From an uncultured Spirochaetota bacterium (lineage in GTDB: Bacteria; Spirochaetota; Spirochaetia; SZUA-6; CAVTHK01): a stretch of 64,000 nucleotides of DNA. The stretch is from assembly GCA_963734495.1 (NCBI GenBank), contig CAVTHK010000016.1:1-64000 (forward strand), given 5' to 3'. This document shows, piece after piece, positions 56,359 to 64,000 of the stretch. The translations under genes were made by a program, and so were the position numbers. Under the pieces are notes generated by a model. It worked only from the letters and a program-made list of their open reading frames with translations, did no database searches and had not been told where the DNA came from. Each line of letters begins with the position of its first letter. Positions within the stretch are counted from its first letter, which is position 1.

Positions 56359-57716
56359 CGTCGACTGCCCGTGACGGCCGTCAAAGCCCGACCGGCCGGG
56401 GGCTGCCGCGCATCGCCATCGTCGGCAGCGCGAACGTCGGGAAATCGACCCTCTTCAACCGCCTCATCGGCCGCCGGCATGCGATCACCGACGCGACCCC
56501 GGGTGTGACGCGCGACTTCGTCGAGGCGCCCCTGGATGTGAGGGGCAGGTCCTGCCTGCTGGTGGACACCGGAGGCTTCAGCCGGCGGCCCGGCGACGAG
56601 CTGGAAAGGGCGGTGACCGAGGTGAGCCTGAGCTCCGCCGAGGAATCCGACGTGGTCCTGCTGGTCCTGGACGTGACGCGCCTCAACGAGGACGACCTGG
56701 ACCTGATCGAACGGGCGCGGAAATGGGAGAAGAAGGTCCTCCTCGTGGTGAACAAGGTGGACACCGAACAGCGCGACGCCGACGCGTGGAACCTGGCGAG
56801 CCTCGGCTTCGAGCGGATCGTCGCCGTCTCCGCCGAGCACGGCCGCAACATCAGCGAGGCGCTGGAGGCGATCGCGTCTCTGCTGCCCGCGGCCGCGGAC
56901 CCGGCGGACGCGACCGAGACGCCGGAGCCCGCGATCTGCGTCTCGATCATGGGCAAGCCGAACACCGGCAAGTCGACCCTCCTGAACAGGCTCGTCGGCC
57001 GATCCCGGTCCCTGGTCTCCGACGTGCCGGGGACCACCCGGGACGTGGTCGAGGGGAGGTTCGAGTTCCGCGGCCGCAGCATCCTGGTTCTCGACACCGC
57101 GGGCCTGCGGCGGAAGAGCAGGATCACCTCGCCCCTCGAGTACTACTCCACGCACCGCGCGATCTCCACCGTGCGCGAGTCAGACGTGGTGCTCCTCGTG
57201 GTCGACGTGGTCGAGGGGCTCGCCGAGCAGGACAAGAAGATCGCGTCGATCGTGGTGCGCGAGGGCAGGGGCCTGATCTTCGTGCTGAACAAGTGGGACA
57301 TGCTCAAGGGCGACCCGGAGCGCGAGCGGGCGGCCGGCGAGCACGTGCGGCGGCTCCTCCCGGGGCTGGACTACGCGCCGGTCGTGCCGCTGTCGGCGCG
57401 CACCGGCCGGAACGTTCGCCGCCTCCTCGAGACGGTCGCGGACATCGACGAAGAGCTCAGCAGGCGCGTCAGCACGGGGCAGCTCAACCACGCGCTGGCG
57501 GAGTGGACGGCCGAGTACCCGCCTTCGGCGCGATACAATGCGAAGATCCGCTACGGGACGCAGGTCTCCGTGCGCCCGCAGCGGTTCGTCTTCTTCGCCA
57601 ACAAGAGCCGGCGGCTTCCGGCTTCGTACGAGAGGTATCTGGCCGGCCGGCTGAGGGGAGCCTTCGGGCTCGAGAGGATCCCTGTGGCGCTGGAGATCAG
57701 GCAGAAGGACGGATAA
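56355..57716 (+). CDS. der: Ribosome biogenesis GTPase Der (EngA)
   Basis: Two G domains (GSANVGKSTLFN...DTGG...NKVD; GKPNTGKST...DTAG...NKWD) and a KH-like C-terminus. Confidence 0.95.
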   Translation: MTSTARDGRQSPTGRGLPRIAIVGSANVGKSTLFNRLIGRRHAITDATPGVTRDFVEAPLDVRGRSCLLVDTGGFSRRPGDELERAVTEVSLSSAEESDVVLLVLDVTRLNEDDLDLIERARKWEKKVLLVVNKVDTEQRDADAWNLASLGFERIVAVSAEHGRNISEALEAIASLLPAAADPADATETPEPAICVSIMGKPNTGKSTLLNRLVGRSRSLVSDVPGTTRDVVEGRFEFRGRSILVLDTAGLRRKSRITSPLEYYSTHRAISTVRESDVVLLVVDVVEGLAEQDKKIASIVVREGRGLIFVLNKWDMLKGDPERERAAGEHVRRLLPGLDYAPVVPLSARTGRNVRRLLETVADIDEELSRRVSTGQLNHALAEWTAEYPPSARYNAKIRYGTQVSVRPQRFVFFANKSRRLPASYERYLAGRLRGAFGLERIPVALEIRQKDG

Positions 57717-57731
57717 GGGATCCGGCGGCCC

Positions 57732-58073
57732 ATGTACACGATCCGCGAGGTATGCGACCTGCTGGACCTCAAGCCGCACGTGCTGCGCTACTGGGAGCGT
57801 TCCATCCCGCTGGTGGCGCCCAGGAAGGACCGGTACGGCAGGCGCAGTTACAGCCGTGCCGACGTCAACCTGCTCGCGCGCGTCAAGTACCTCGTGCAGG
57901 AAAAGGGCCTCAGCACGGGCAGCGTCGCGCGCCAGCTCTGGCGCGACGCCGACGACGGGAGCGAGAACGTGCGATCGGCGATCGCGGAGATCCGCGACGA
58001 ATTGCTGCGCGCAAAGGCGCTGATCCGCCGCAGCAGGAAGAGGGAGGACACGGATGGATCGGGCGGTTCGTGA
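57732..58073 (+). CDS. MerR family transcriptional regulator
   Basis: YTIREVCDLLDLKPHVLRYWE...GRRSY HTH. Confidence 0.88.
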   Translation: MYTIREVCDLLDLKPHVLRYWERSIPLVAPRKDRYGRRSYSRADVNLLARVKYLVQEKGLSTGSVARQLWRDADDGSENVRSAIAEIRDELLRAKALIRRSRKREDTDGSGGS

Positions 58074-59422
58074 ACGGCTGCTGGCCCTCGGGCAGGCTCA
58101 CCTGCTCGCGGGCTGGGAATCGCGGAGCGAAGACGCGAAGCGGCGCCTCGCCCTGGACCTGGACGCGACCGACCTCTCGGTCGTCGGCAGGTTCGCCGAG
58201 CTCGAGAGGGCCTCGGCCGCCCCGTTGCTCGAGATCAGCCCCGCCCCGTACATAGCCGTTCAGGACCGACGGGAGTCGCTCGCCGAAACCGGGCTGAGCG
58301 CCGCGCGCGAGGGAAAGACGGCGTTCCTGACCGTGGCCGGCGGCCAGGGGTCGAGACTCGGCTTCGACGGGCCCAAGGGGGTGTTCCCCGCCACGCCGAT
58401 CCGCCGGGCTTCGCTCTTCCAGGTGTTCGCCGAAAAGCTCCTCGGGTTCTGCCGGTGGGCCGGGGTCAGGATGCCGTGGTACATCATGACGAGCCCCGAG
58501 AACAACGCGCCGACCGCGGCCTACTTCCGCGAGCACGCCTGGTTCGGCCTGCCTCGCCGAGGACGTCCTCTTGTTCCCTCAGGGGACTCTGCCGTCGCTC
58601 GACGGGGACGGCAGGCTGATGCTCGCTCCCGGCGGCGGGCTCTTGACCAACCCCGACGGCCACGGCGGGCTGGTGCGCGCGCTCGCCCGCCATCGGATGC
58701 TCGACGACATGCGCAGCCGCGGCATCAGCACCCTGTTTTACTTCCAGGTGGACAATCCGCTCGTCAACGTCCCGGACCCCCTGTTCCTCGGCTACCACAT
58801 CGACCGCGGCGCGGACGTTTCGGTCAAGGTCATCCCCAAGCGCTCGGCCGAGGAGAAGCTCGGGGTCATCGCGCTCGGCGGGGGCCGGGCCTGCATCGTC
58901 GAATACTCCGACCTGGACCAGCGGAGGATGCACGCCCGCGGCCCCGACGGCCGGCTGCTGTTCGAGCAGGGCTCGATCGCGATCCACATCTTCAGCGTCG
59001 ACTTCCTCTCGCGCGAGGACCTCGACCTTCCGCTCCATGTGGCGAGGAAAAAGGTGAAGGTGCTCGATCCGGCGACCGGCGCGATCGTGGAAAAGGACGC
59101 GATCAAGCTCGAGCGTTTCATCTTCGACCTCCTGCCTGTCTCGGACCGCGTCCTGTTCTACGAGACCGTGCGCGAGGACGAGTTCTCGCCCGTCAAGAAC
59201 CGCGAGGGGCTCGACTCGCCGGAGACCTGCGTCCGCGACCAGGTCGCCAAGGCCGCGCGCATGCTCGAGGCGTGCGGCGTGAGGGTGCCGCGGGACTCGC
59301 GCGGGGTCCCGCTGCACAGGCTCGAGATCGCGGCGACCTGGGCGTGGGACCTCCCGGCGCTGAAGGCGAAGGTGGCCGGCGCCGATATACGAATCGATGG
59401 AGACCGCCTCTTTGACGCGTAA
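58054..59422 (+). CDS. UDPGP type-1 family uridylyltransferase (UDP-GlcNAc pyrophosphorylase, UAP1-like); frameshift near 58555
   Basis: AGGQGSRLGFDGPKG, WYIMTS, FPQG, PDGHGG, QVDNPL, VEYSD, KLERFIFD, FSPVKN. Confidence 0.88.
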
Positions 59423-60668
59423 GACGGCCCTGCTCACGCTGTTCGCTGCGGCGCTGCTGGCCACCTCGGCGGCCGCGCTGGAGCTCCCGCCGGAGACCGC
59501 GCAAACGCGGCAGCGGCTCATGGACGTCATCATGGGTCCGCCGGCGCAGGCGCGATGGATCGACAACCGGTCGTTCGCCGATGACGGGCACCCGGTGCGC
59601 TTCGAGACGGCCCGCGCGGGCGACTTCACCTATTATCTGTTCCTGAACCAGAGTCCGACCGGGGAGTTTCCGACGGTCTACGAAGGCAACGCGTCGATCA
59701 AGCGGAACCTCACCGACGGGAGCCTCCTCTACCTGACCATCCTGCTCCGCCGCGACTCGTCGAGCTTTGTCCGCCTGCACCCCGCGGGCGGCCGCGTGAG
59801 GATGGAGGCCTCGCTCTTCGGAGTGCAGGTCGCCGCGAACGTCATGATTCCCCTGAGCTTCGACGAGGTCGTCGGCGTTCCCCTCCAGCGGCTCGCCGAG
59901 CTCACGCGCGACCGCGTGGATTGGGACCTGCTCGCCGGTCGCGGCGAGCGCAGCGCGGACGTCGTGCGCGTGCTGACCGCCGCGCGCTCGATCATTCCCC
60001 GTCTGCGGGACGAGGACGACGGGGCCTTCGACGCGTCGGGCAAACCCGTGCTGATCGCGACCGGCAAGCCCTCGAGCGGGGGGCTCAACTGCTCCGGCTT
60101 CGCCAAGTGGATCATGGACGGGTTCTACAAGCCGCTCACCGGCCGTTACATGGACATCGCGGCGCTCAAGGCCAAGGACCTGACGATCCGCGGCAACCGT
60201 TTCAGCGAGCATTACGAGACCGAGCGCGACCCGTTCTTCGGTCTGGACTGGACGCGAAACATGGCCGTGGCGCTCGCCGTCGCCAGGACCGGCCGCAGGG
60301 CAGGCGCCGAGAGCTTCGACGTGCGGTCGGTCCCCTTTATGGACTACGTCGAGGACTCGGGGTATCCGATCGACCGCATCGAGCTGGCGATGTACCTGCT
60401 CGCCAGGGAGGAGCCCGACAGGATATTCCTCGGGAGCATCGAGACGGACTTTGGACGGTCGCCCACGCTTCGGCAGCACAGCCACGTCGCGGTGCTCTTC
60501 CCGCTGTTCGACGCCGACGGCCAGTTCCGGGTGGCGGTTCTCGAGCGCAACCTGGAGACCGGCCTCGGCGGCCTCTTGGCGAGGTACCCCGGAAGCCGCG
60601 TCCACCTGGTCCAGGTGTCGGCGGGCGGTGAGTTCGCCCCGCTCGATCCTGCGGCGCCGCGTCGCTGA
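59397..60668 (+). CDS. Secreted hypothetical protein with NlpC/P60-like Cys/His motifs
   Basis: Signal peptide (RKTALLTLFAAALLATSAAA-LE); GLNCSGFAKW and HSHVAVL motifs. Confidence 0.65.
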   Translation: METASLTRKTALLTLFAAALLATSAAALELPPETAQTRQRLMDVIMGPPAQARWIDNRSFADDGHPVRFETARAGDFTYYLFLNQSPTGEFPTVYEGNASIKRNLTDGSLLYLTILLRRDSSSFVRLHPAGGRVRMEASLFGVQVAANVMIPLSFDEVVGVPLQRLAELTRDRVDWDLLAGRGERSADVVRVLTAARSIIPRLRDEDDGAFDASGKPVLIATGKPSSGGLNCSGFAKWIMDGFYKPLTGRYMDIAALKAKDLTIRGNRFSEHYETERDPFFGLDWTRNMAVALAVARTGRRAGAESFDVRSVPFMDYVEDSGYPIDRIELAMYLLAREEPDRIFLGSIETDFGRSPTLRQHSHVAVLFPLFDADGQFRVAVLERNLETGLGGLLARYPGSRVHLVQVSAGGEFAPLDPAAPRR

Positions 60669-60684
60669 GGCCGGCGCGTCTCGC

Positions 60685-61335
60685 ATGGACATCGACGCGG
60701 TCGGCTTCGACCTCGACGGCACGCTGTACCCGCGCGCTATGATGTACAGGCTCTCGTTGCCGCTGGCCCTGCGCTACCCGCGCTTTCTCTACCACTTCAA
60801 CCACGTGCGGCGCGCGCTGCGCAGACGCGCATGCATCGACGGCTTCCGCGAGACGCAGGCGAGCCTGGTCGCCGCGCGCCTGGGCGTGGACCAGGCGGCG
60901 GCCGAGCGGCTGGTCGAGCGCATCATCTACCGCGAATGGATCGCGATGCTGCGCGGGATCAAGCCTTTCCCGCACGTGCGTGCGGCGCTGGCGCGCCTCC
61001 GGGCCGCCGGGATGCGGCTGGGCCTGATGTCCGACTCCCCCGTGGAGGAGAAGCTCGCCTTTCTCGGGCTCGAAGGGCTCTGGGACGTGAGCTTCTGCTC
61101 CGAGGAGACGGGTTATCTCAAACCGCACCCGAGCCCGTTCCGCAGGCTTGCCGCTGACCTCGGCGTCGACCCGCGCCGCGTGCTCTACGTGGGCGACAGT
61201 GTCTCGTACGACGTCAAGGGCGCCGCGGCCGCGGGGATGCGGACCGCCCAGATCGGCGGCCGGCGGGGCGGCGCCGACCTGAGCTTCTCCTCCTATCGCG
61301 CCCTCGCGGACCTCGTGGAGCAACGTTTCCGCTGA
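60685..61335 (+). CDS. HAD family hydrolase
   Basis: FDLDGTL, LMSD, KPHP, YVGDS..DV.GA..AGM. Confidence 0.92.
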   Translation: MDIDAVGFDLDGTLYPRAMMYRLSLPLALRYPRFLYHFNHVRRALRRRACIDGFRETQASLVAARLGVDQAAAERLVERIIYREWIAMLRGIKPFPHVRAALARLRAAGMRLGLMSDSPVEEKLAFLGLEGLWDVSFCSEETGYLKPHPSPFRRLAADLGVDPRRVLYVGDSVSYDVKGAAAAGMRTAQIGGRRGGADLSFSSYRALADLVEQRFR

Positions 61336-61453
61336 CGGCCGCGGCCTCGCCTCGACGCGACGCTGCCGCGCCCCGCGCGGTCACGGCCGCGCGATCCGGG
61401 CCGCGCGCCGCATCCTCGCCGGCCGTCTGTGGGCCTCGGCAGGCCGTGTTTCG

Positions 61454-61482
61454 TTGACTTTGCCGCGAGCGTCGGCTACACT
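61454..61482 (+). promoter_or_regulatory. Sigma-70 promoter of the coiled-coil gene
   Basis: TTGACT-N17-TACACT. Confidence 0.7.
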
Positions 61483-61515
61483 TGTGGTCATAGTGGCGAT
61501 CCTTGGGAGGGGAAG

Positions 61516-64000
61516 ATGCCAGTCTCTTTTCTCGGACTGATTATAACTGCGTCCGTCACGGTCTTCATCCTTCTGCTCTACAGGCAGTTCGACAAGGGCA
61601 ACCGGTCGCTCGACAAGGTCAGGCGTTATGCGGACATGGTGCGCGCGAAGCTGACCGAGTTCATCGACGAGAAGACGGCCGAAATCAAGGACATCTCGAT
61701 CGAGCTCCAGGTGAACCTCAAGACCGGCAAGGAGATCCTCAAGAAGGTCCAGTCGATCGAGACGGAGCTCAACACCAGGATCAACGGGATCTCGGGCGCG
61801 CAGGCGCAGGTAGAGGAGTACGAGGCCGCCCTGAAGAACCTGTCGGACATGTCGGGCCGCGTCGACGAGAACCTGCGCAGGATCCACGACGAGTCGAAGT
61901 TCGTCGACGGCGTCGGCCTGCGGCTCAAGACGGTTTCGGCGCGGCTGGACGGCCTGGAGGGACGCATCCCGGCGATCCTGAATGAGGCGGCCAGGACGAA
62001 CCGCACGCAGCTCGACGAAGTCTCGGCCAAAGTCACAGCCGATACGGCGGCGCGCGTGGCCGTGATCGCCGAGTCGGTGGGCAAGTCTGAAGCGCAGGTC
62101 CGCGATTTCTCCGCGTACATCACGCGCTTGGAGGCGCGCAAGGACGCGATGGAGAAGCAGCTGCAGAAGGACCTCGAGCGGCTCGCCGAGCAGGTCACGC
62201 AAGCGACGCGCGAGACGCACGGCAAGCTCGTCGTCGACCTGAACGCGCGGATCACTGCGCTGGCGGCTTCGGGCCAGGAGAAGCGCGCTCGGCTCGAGGG
62301 CGAGCTCGCCAAGGCGCTCGAGGGCGCCGAGGGCCGCGTCGCCGCGCTGGAAAAGGACCTCACCGGCGTGCTCAACCGTTTCGAGACTGACCTGGCGACC
62401 ATCGAGGGCGACTACAAGAAGCGGCTCGACAGCGCGGCCGAGCGCGGCAGGGCGCTCGAGCACGAGGCGTTCGAAGGGCTCAAGGAGCAGGTCGAAGGCC
62501 ACGCGAGGCAGGCGCAGTCCCAGCTCGCCGCGGCCGGCAAGTCCCTGGAGGAGCAGCTGGCAGGCGTGCACCGCGACGCGGAGGCGCTGTATGGCAAGGT
62601 GCGCTCCGACCTCAAGGTCTGGGAGGCCGAGTCGGCGCAGCTCATCAAGGAGCGCGACGGCATCCTTACGCAGGAGATCGAGGGGGTGAGCCAGACGGCG
62701 GCGCGCCGCGGCGAGGAGATCGAGCAGCGCCTCGGTTCGATGCGCGGCCTGCTCGACGATGTCGAGGCGTCGGAAGCGCAGGCGCGGACAAGGCTGGAAG
62801 AATACCGGACCGCGTTCCTGCAGAAGCTCGATGCGGCCGCAAGCGATCTGGAAGCCACCGTGCTGGAGCGCGCGGAAAAGAGGCTCCTCGACCTCGAGGG
62901 GGACATTGGCTACCGCTTCGACCGGCTGCACCAGGTGAACGTCGACGTTCAGGAGCTGGAGGGCAACCTCCGCGCCGTCATGGAGAAGATGGGCGGCCGG
63001 TTGAACGAGGATTTCAACGCGTACATCGGGACGCTCGACAAGCGGAGGCAGGACGAGAAGCGCAAGACCGAGGAGGTGGCGGCGGCGATCCGCGCCGAGA
63101 TGCAGAGCCTGGAGCAGGGGCTCACCGACCTCAAGGCTCGGGCCTACCAGGACGTCTCGGAGAAGCTCAAGGGCTTCGAGGACGAGTTCCTCGCCGACCT
63201 CAAGCAGCGGAGCGCCGGCATCGAGGAGACGCTCGCCAGCTGGCAGCAGACGGTCGAGAAACGCATGCACACGATCTCCGAGGCGCATAGCGCCGAGCGG
63301 ACGCGCATCGAGGAGCAGTACCGCGACGGGCTCGCGGAGCGCATCGAGCAGATCAAGGCGCTGAACCAGCAGCGGTTCGCCCAGATCGACGAGGAGATGG
63401 AGGCGCACGGCGCCGAGCGGGCCCGCATCGAAGAGGCGCGTAGCCGGCTGGCAGCAGGCGGTGGAGAAGCGGCTGCGCGCGATCTCCGACGAGCACACCG
63501 CCGAGCGGACCCGCATCGAGGAGGAGTACCGCGACGGGCTCGCGGAGCGGATCGAGCAGATCAAGGCGCAGAACCAGCAGCGATTCACTCGGATCGACGG
63601 GGAGATGGAGTCGCACGCCGTCGAGCGCGCCCGCATCGAGGAAGAGTACCGCGACGGGCTCGCGGAACGGATCGAGCAGATCAAGGCGCAGAACCAGCAG
63701 CGCTTCGCGCAGATAGACGAGGAGATGGACAACCGGATCGGCGCCCTTCAGCTCGAGCTCGAGCGGGAGCAGACCCGGCTCGAGGAGCAGCTTGCGCAGG
63801 CCCGGGCTACGCTCGCGGGGTGGCAGCAGGAGCTCGACGGCGCCAGCCGCGAGCAGAAGGAGCGCGTGCGCGCGGAGCTCACCGACATTTCGCGTCGCGT
63901 CGAGGAGCTCCGGGCGACGCTCGAGGACAAGACGGTCTCCGCGGTCGAGGCGGTGCGCAAGGAGCGCGAGGGCCTGGAGAACGAGCTGCGCCTGCGCGGG
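61516..64000 (+). CDS. Giant membrane-anchored coiled-coil protein (spirochaete SpiroCoCo-like), runs off the window end; frameshift near 63440
   Basis: Missing from the ORF track because there is no stop in the window. GGGAGG RBS, then MPVSFLGLIITASVTVFILLLYRQFDKGNRSLDKVRRYAD..., followed by continuous E/K/R/A/L/Q-rich helical sequence. Confidence 0.8.
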   Translation, partial: MPVSFLGLIITASVTVFILLLYRQFDKGNRSLDKVRRYADMVRAKLTEFIDEKTAEIKDISIELQVNLKTGKEILKKVQSIETELNTRINGISGAQAQVEEYEAALKNLSDMSGRVDENLRRIHDESKFVDGVGLRLKTVSARLDGLEGRIPAILNEAARTNRTQLDEVSAKVTADTAARVAVIAESVGKSEAQVRDFSAYITRLEARKDAMEKQLQKDLERLAEQVTQATRETHGKLVVDLNARITALAASGQEKRARLEGELAKALEGAEGRVAALEKDLTGVLNRFETDLATIEGDYKKRLDSAAERGRALEHEAFEGLKEQVEGHARQAQSQLAAAGKSLEEQLAGVHRDAEALYGKVRSDLKVWEAESAQLIKERDGILTQEIEGVSQTAARRGEEIEQRLGSMRGLLDDVEASEAQARTRLEEYRTAFLQKLDAAASDLEATVLERAEKRLLDLEGDIGYRFDRLHQVNVDVQELEGNLRAVMEKMGGRLNEDFNAYIGTLDKRRQDEKRKTEEVAAAIRAEMQSLEQGLTDLKARAYQDVSEKLKGFEDEFLADLKQRSAGIEETLASWQQTVEKRMHTISEAHSAERTRIEEQYRDGLAERIEQIKALNQQRFAQIDEEMEAHGAERARIEEARSRLAAGGGEAAARDLRRAHRRADPHRGGVPRRARGADRADQGAEPAAIHSDRRGDGVARRRARPHRGRVPRRARGTDRADQGAEPAALRADRRGDGQPDRRPSARARAGADPARGAACAGPGYARGVAAGARRRQPRAEGARARGAHRHFASRRGAPGDARGQDGLRGRGGAQGARGPGERAAPAR
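63220..63727 (+). repeat. A-B-A-B-B array of 87-bp and 120-bp coding repeats in the coiled-coil gene
   Basis: A (IEETLASWQQTVEKRMHTISEAHSAERTR) at 63220 and 63427; B (IEEQYRDGLAERIEQIKA.NQQRFAQIDEEMEAHGAERAR) at 63307, 63515 and 63635 (last copy partial). Confidence 0.85.

Overview
GC-rich bacterial chromosome segment, very probably from a member of the Spirochaetota. Evidence: RpoB Rif-pocket Asn at the E. coli S531 position, the secY-rpmJ junction without adk/map/infA, the rplQ...rny-ymdB-tlyA-GerMN...der...giant coiled-coil gene order, and a divergent EF-G in the str operon. 1-9.3 kb is an accessory carbohydrate-catabolism cluster: end of an ABC solute-binding protein, two paralogous GHL6/GH42-like hydrolases, a cupin, a split transketolase, a BKACE enzyme and a DUF5060/DUF4038 apiosidase-like protein. 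It is followed by leuA with a complete Leu-leader-peptide attenuator, then a minus-strand pair of a NifA-like sigma-54 activator and an ACT-ACT-GlnE. 17.5-47.4 kb is the core transcription/translation supercluster (tRNA-Thr, tRNA-Trp, secE-nusG-rplKAJL-rpoBC, str, S10, spc and alpha operons). 47.6-64 kb holds a large acidic membrane protein, an RNase Y with a degenerate HD metal site, ymdB, tlyA, a GerMN protein preceded by four tandem sigma-28-like promoter repeats, an apparently leaderless ptsI, der, MerR, a UAP-type uridylyltransferase, a secreted NlpC/P60-like protein, a HAD hydrolase and the start of a repeat-containing giant coiled-coil protein. Many genes, including essential ones (nusG, rplK, rplA, rplL, rplB), carry single-base frameshifts, mostly +1 insertions; I read these as long-read consensus errors, not biology. 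No mobile element, CRISPR array or rRNA was seen. All family calls come from motif recognition by eye; no database search was run.
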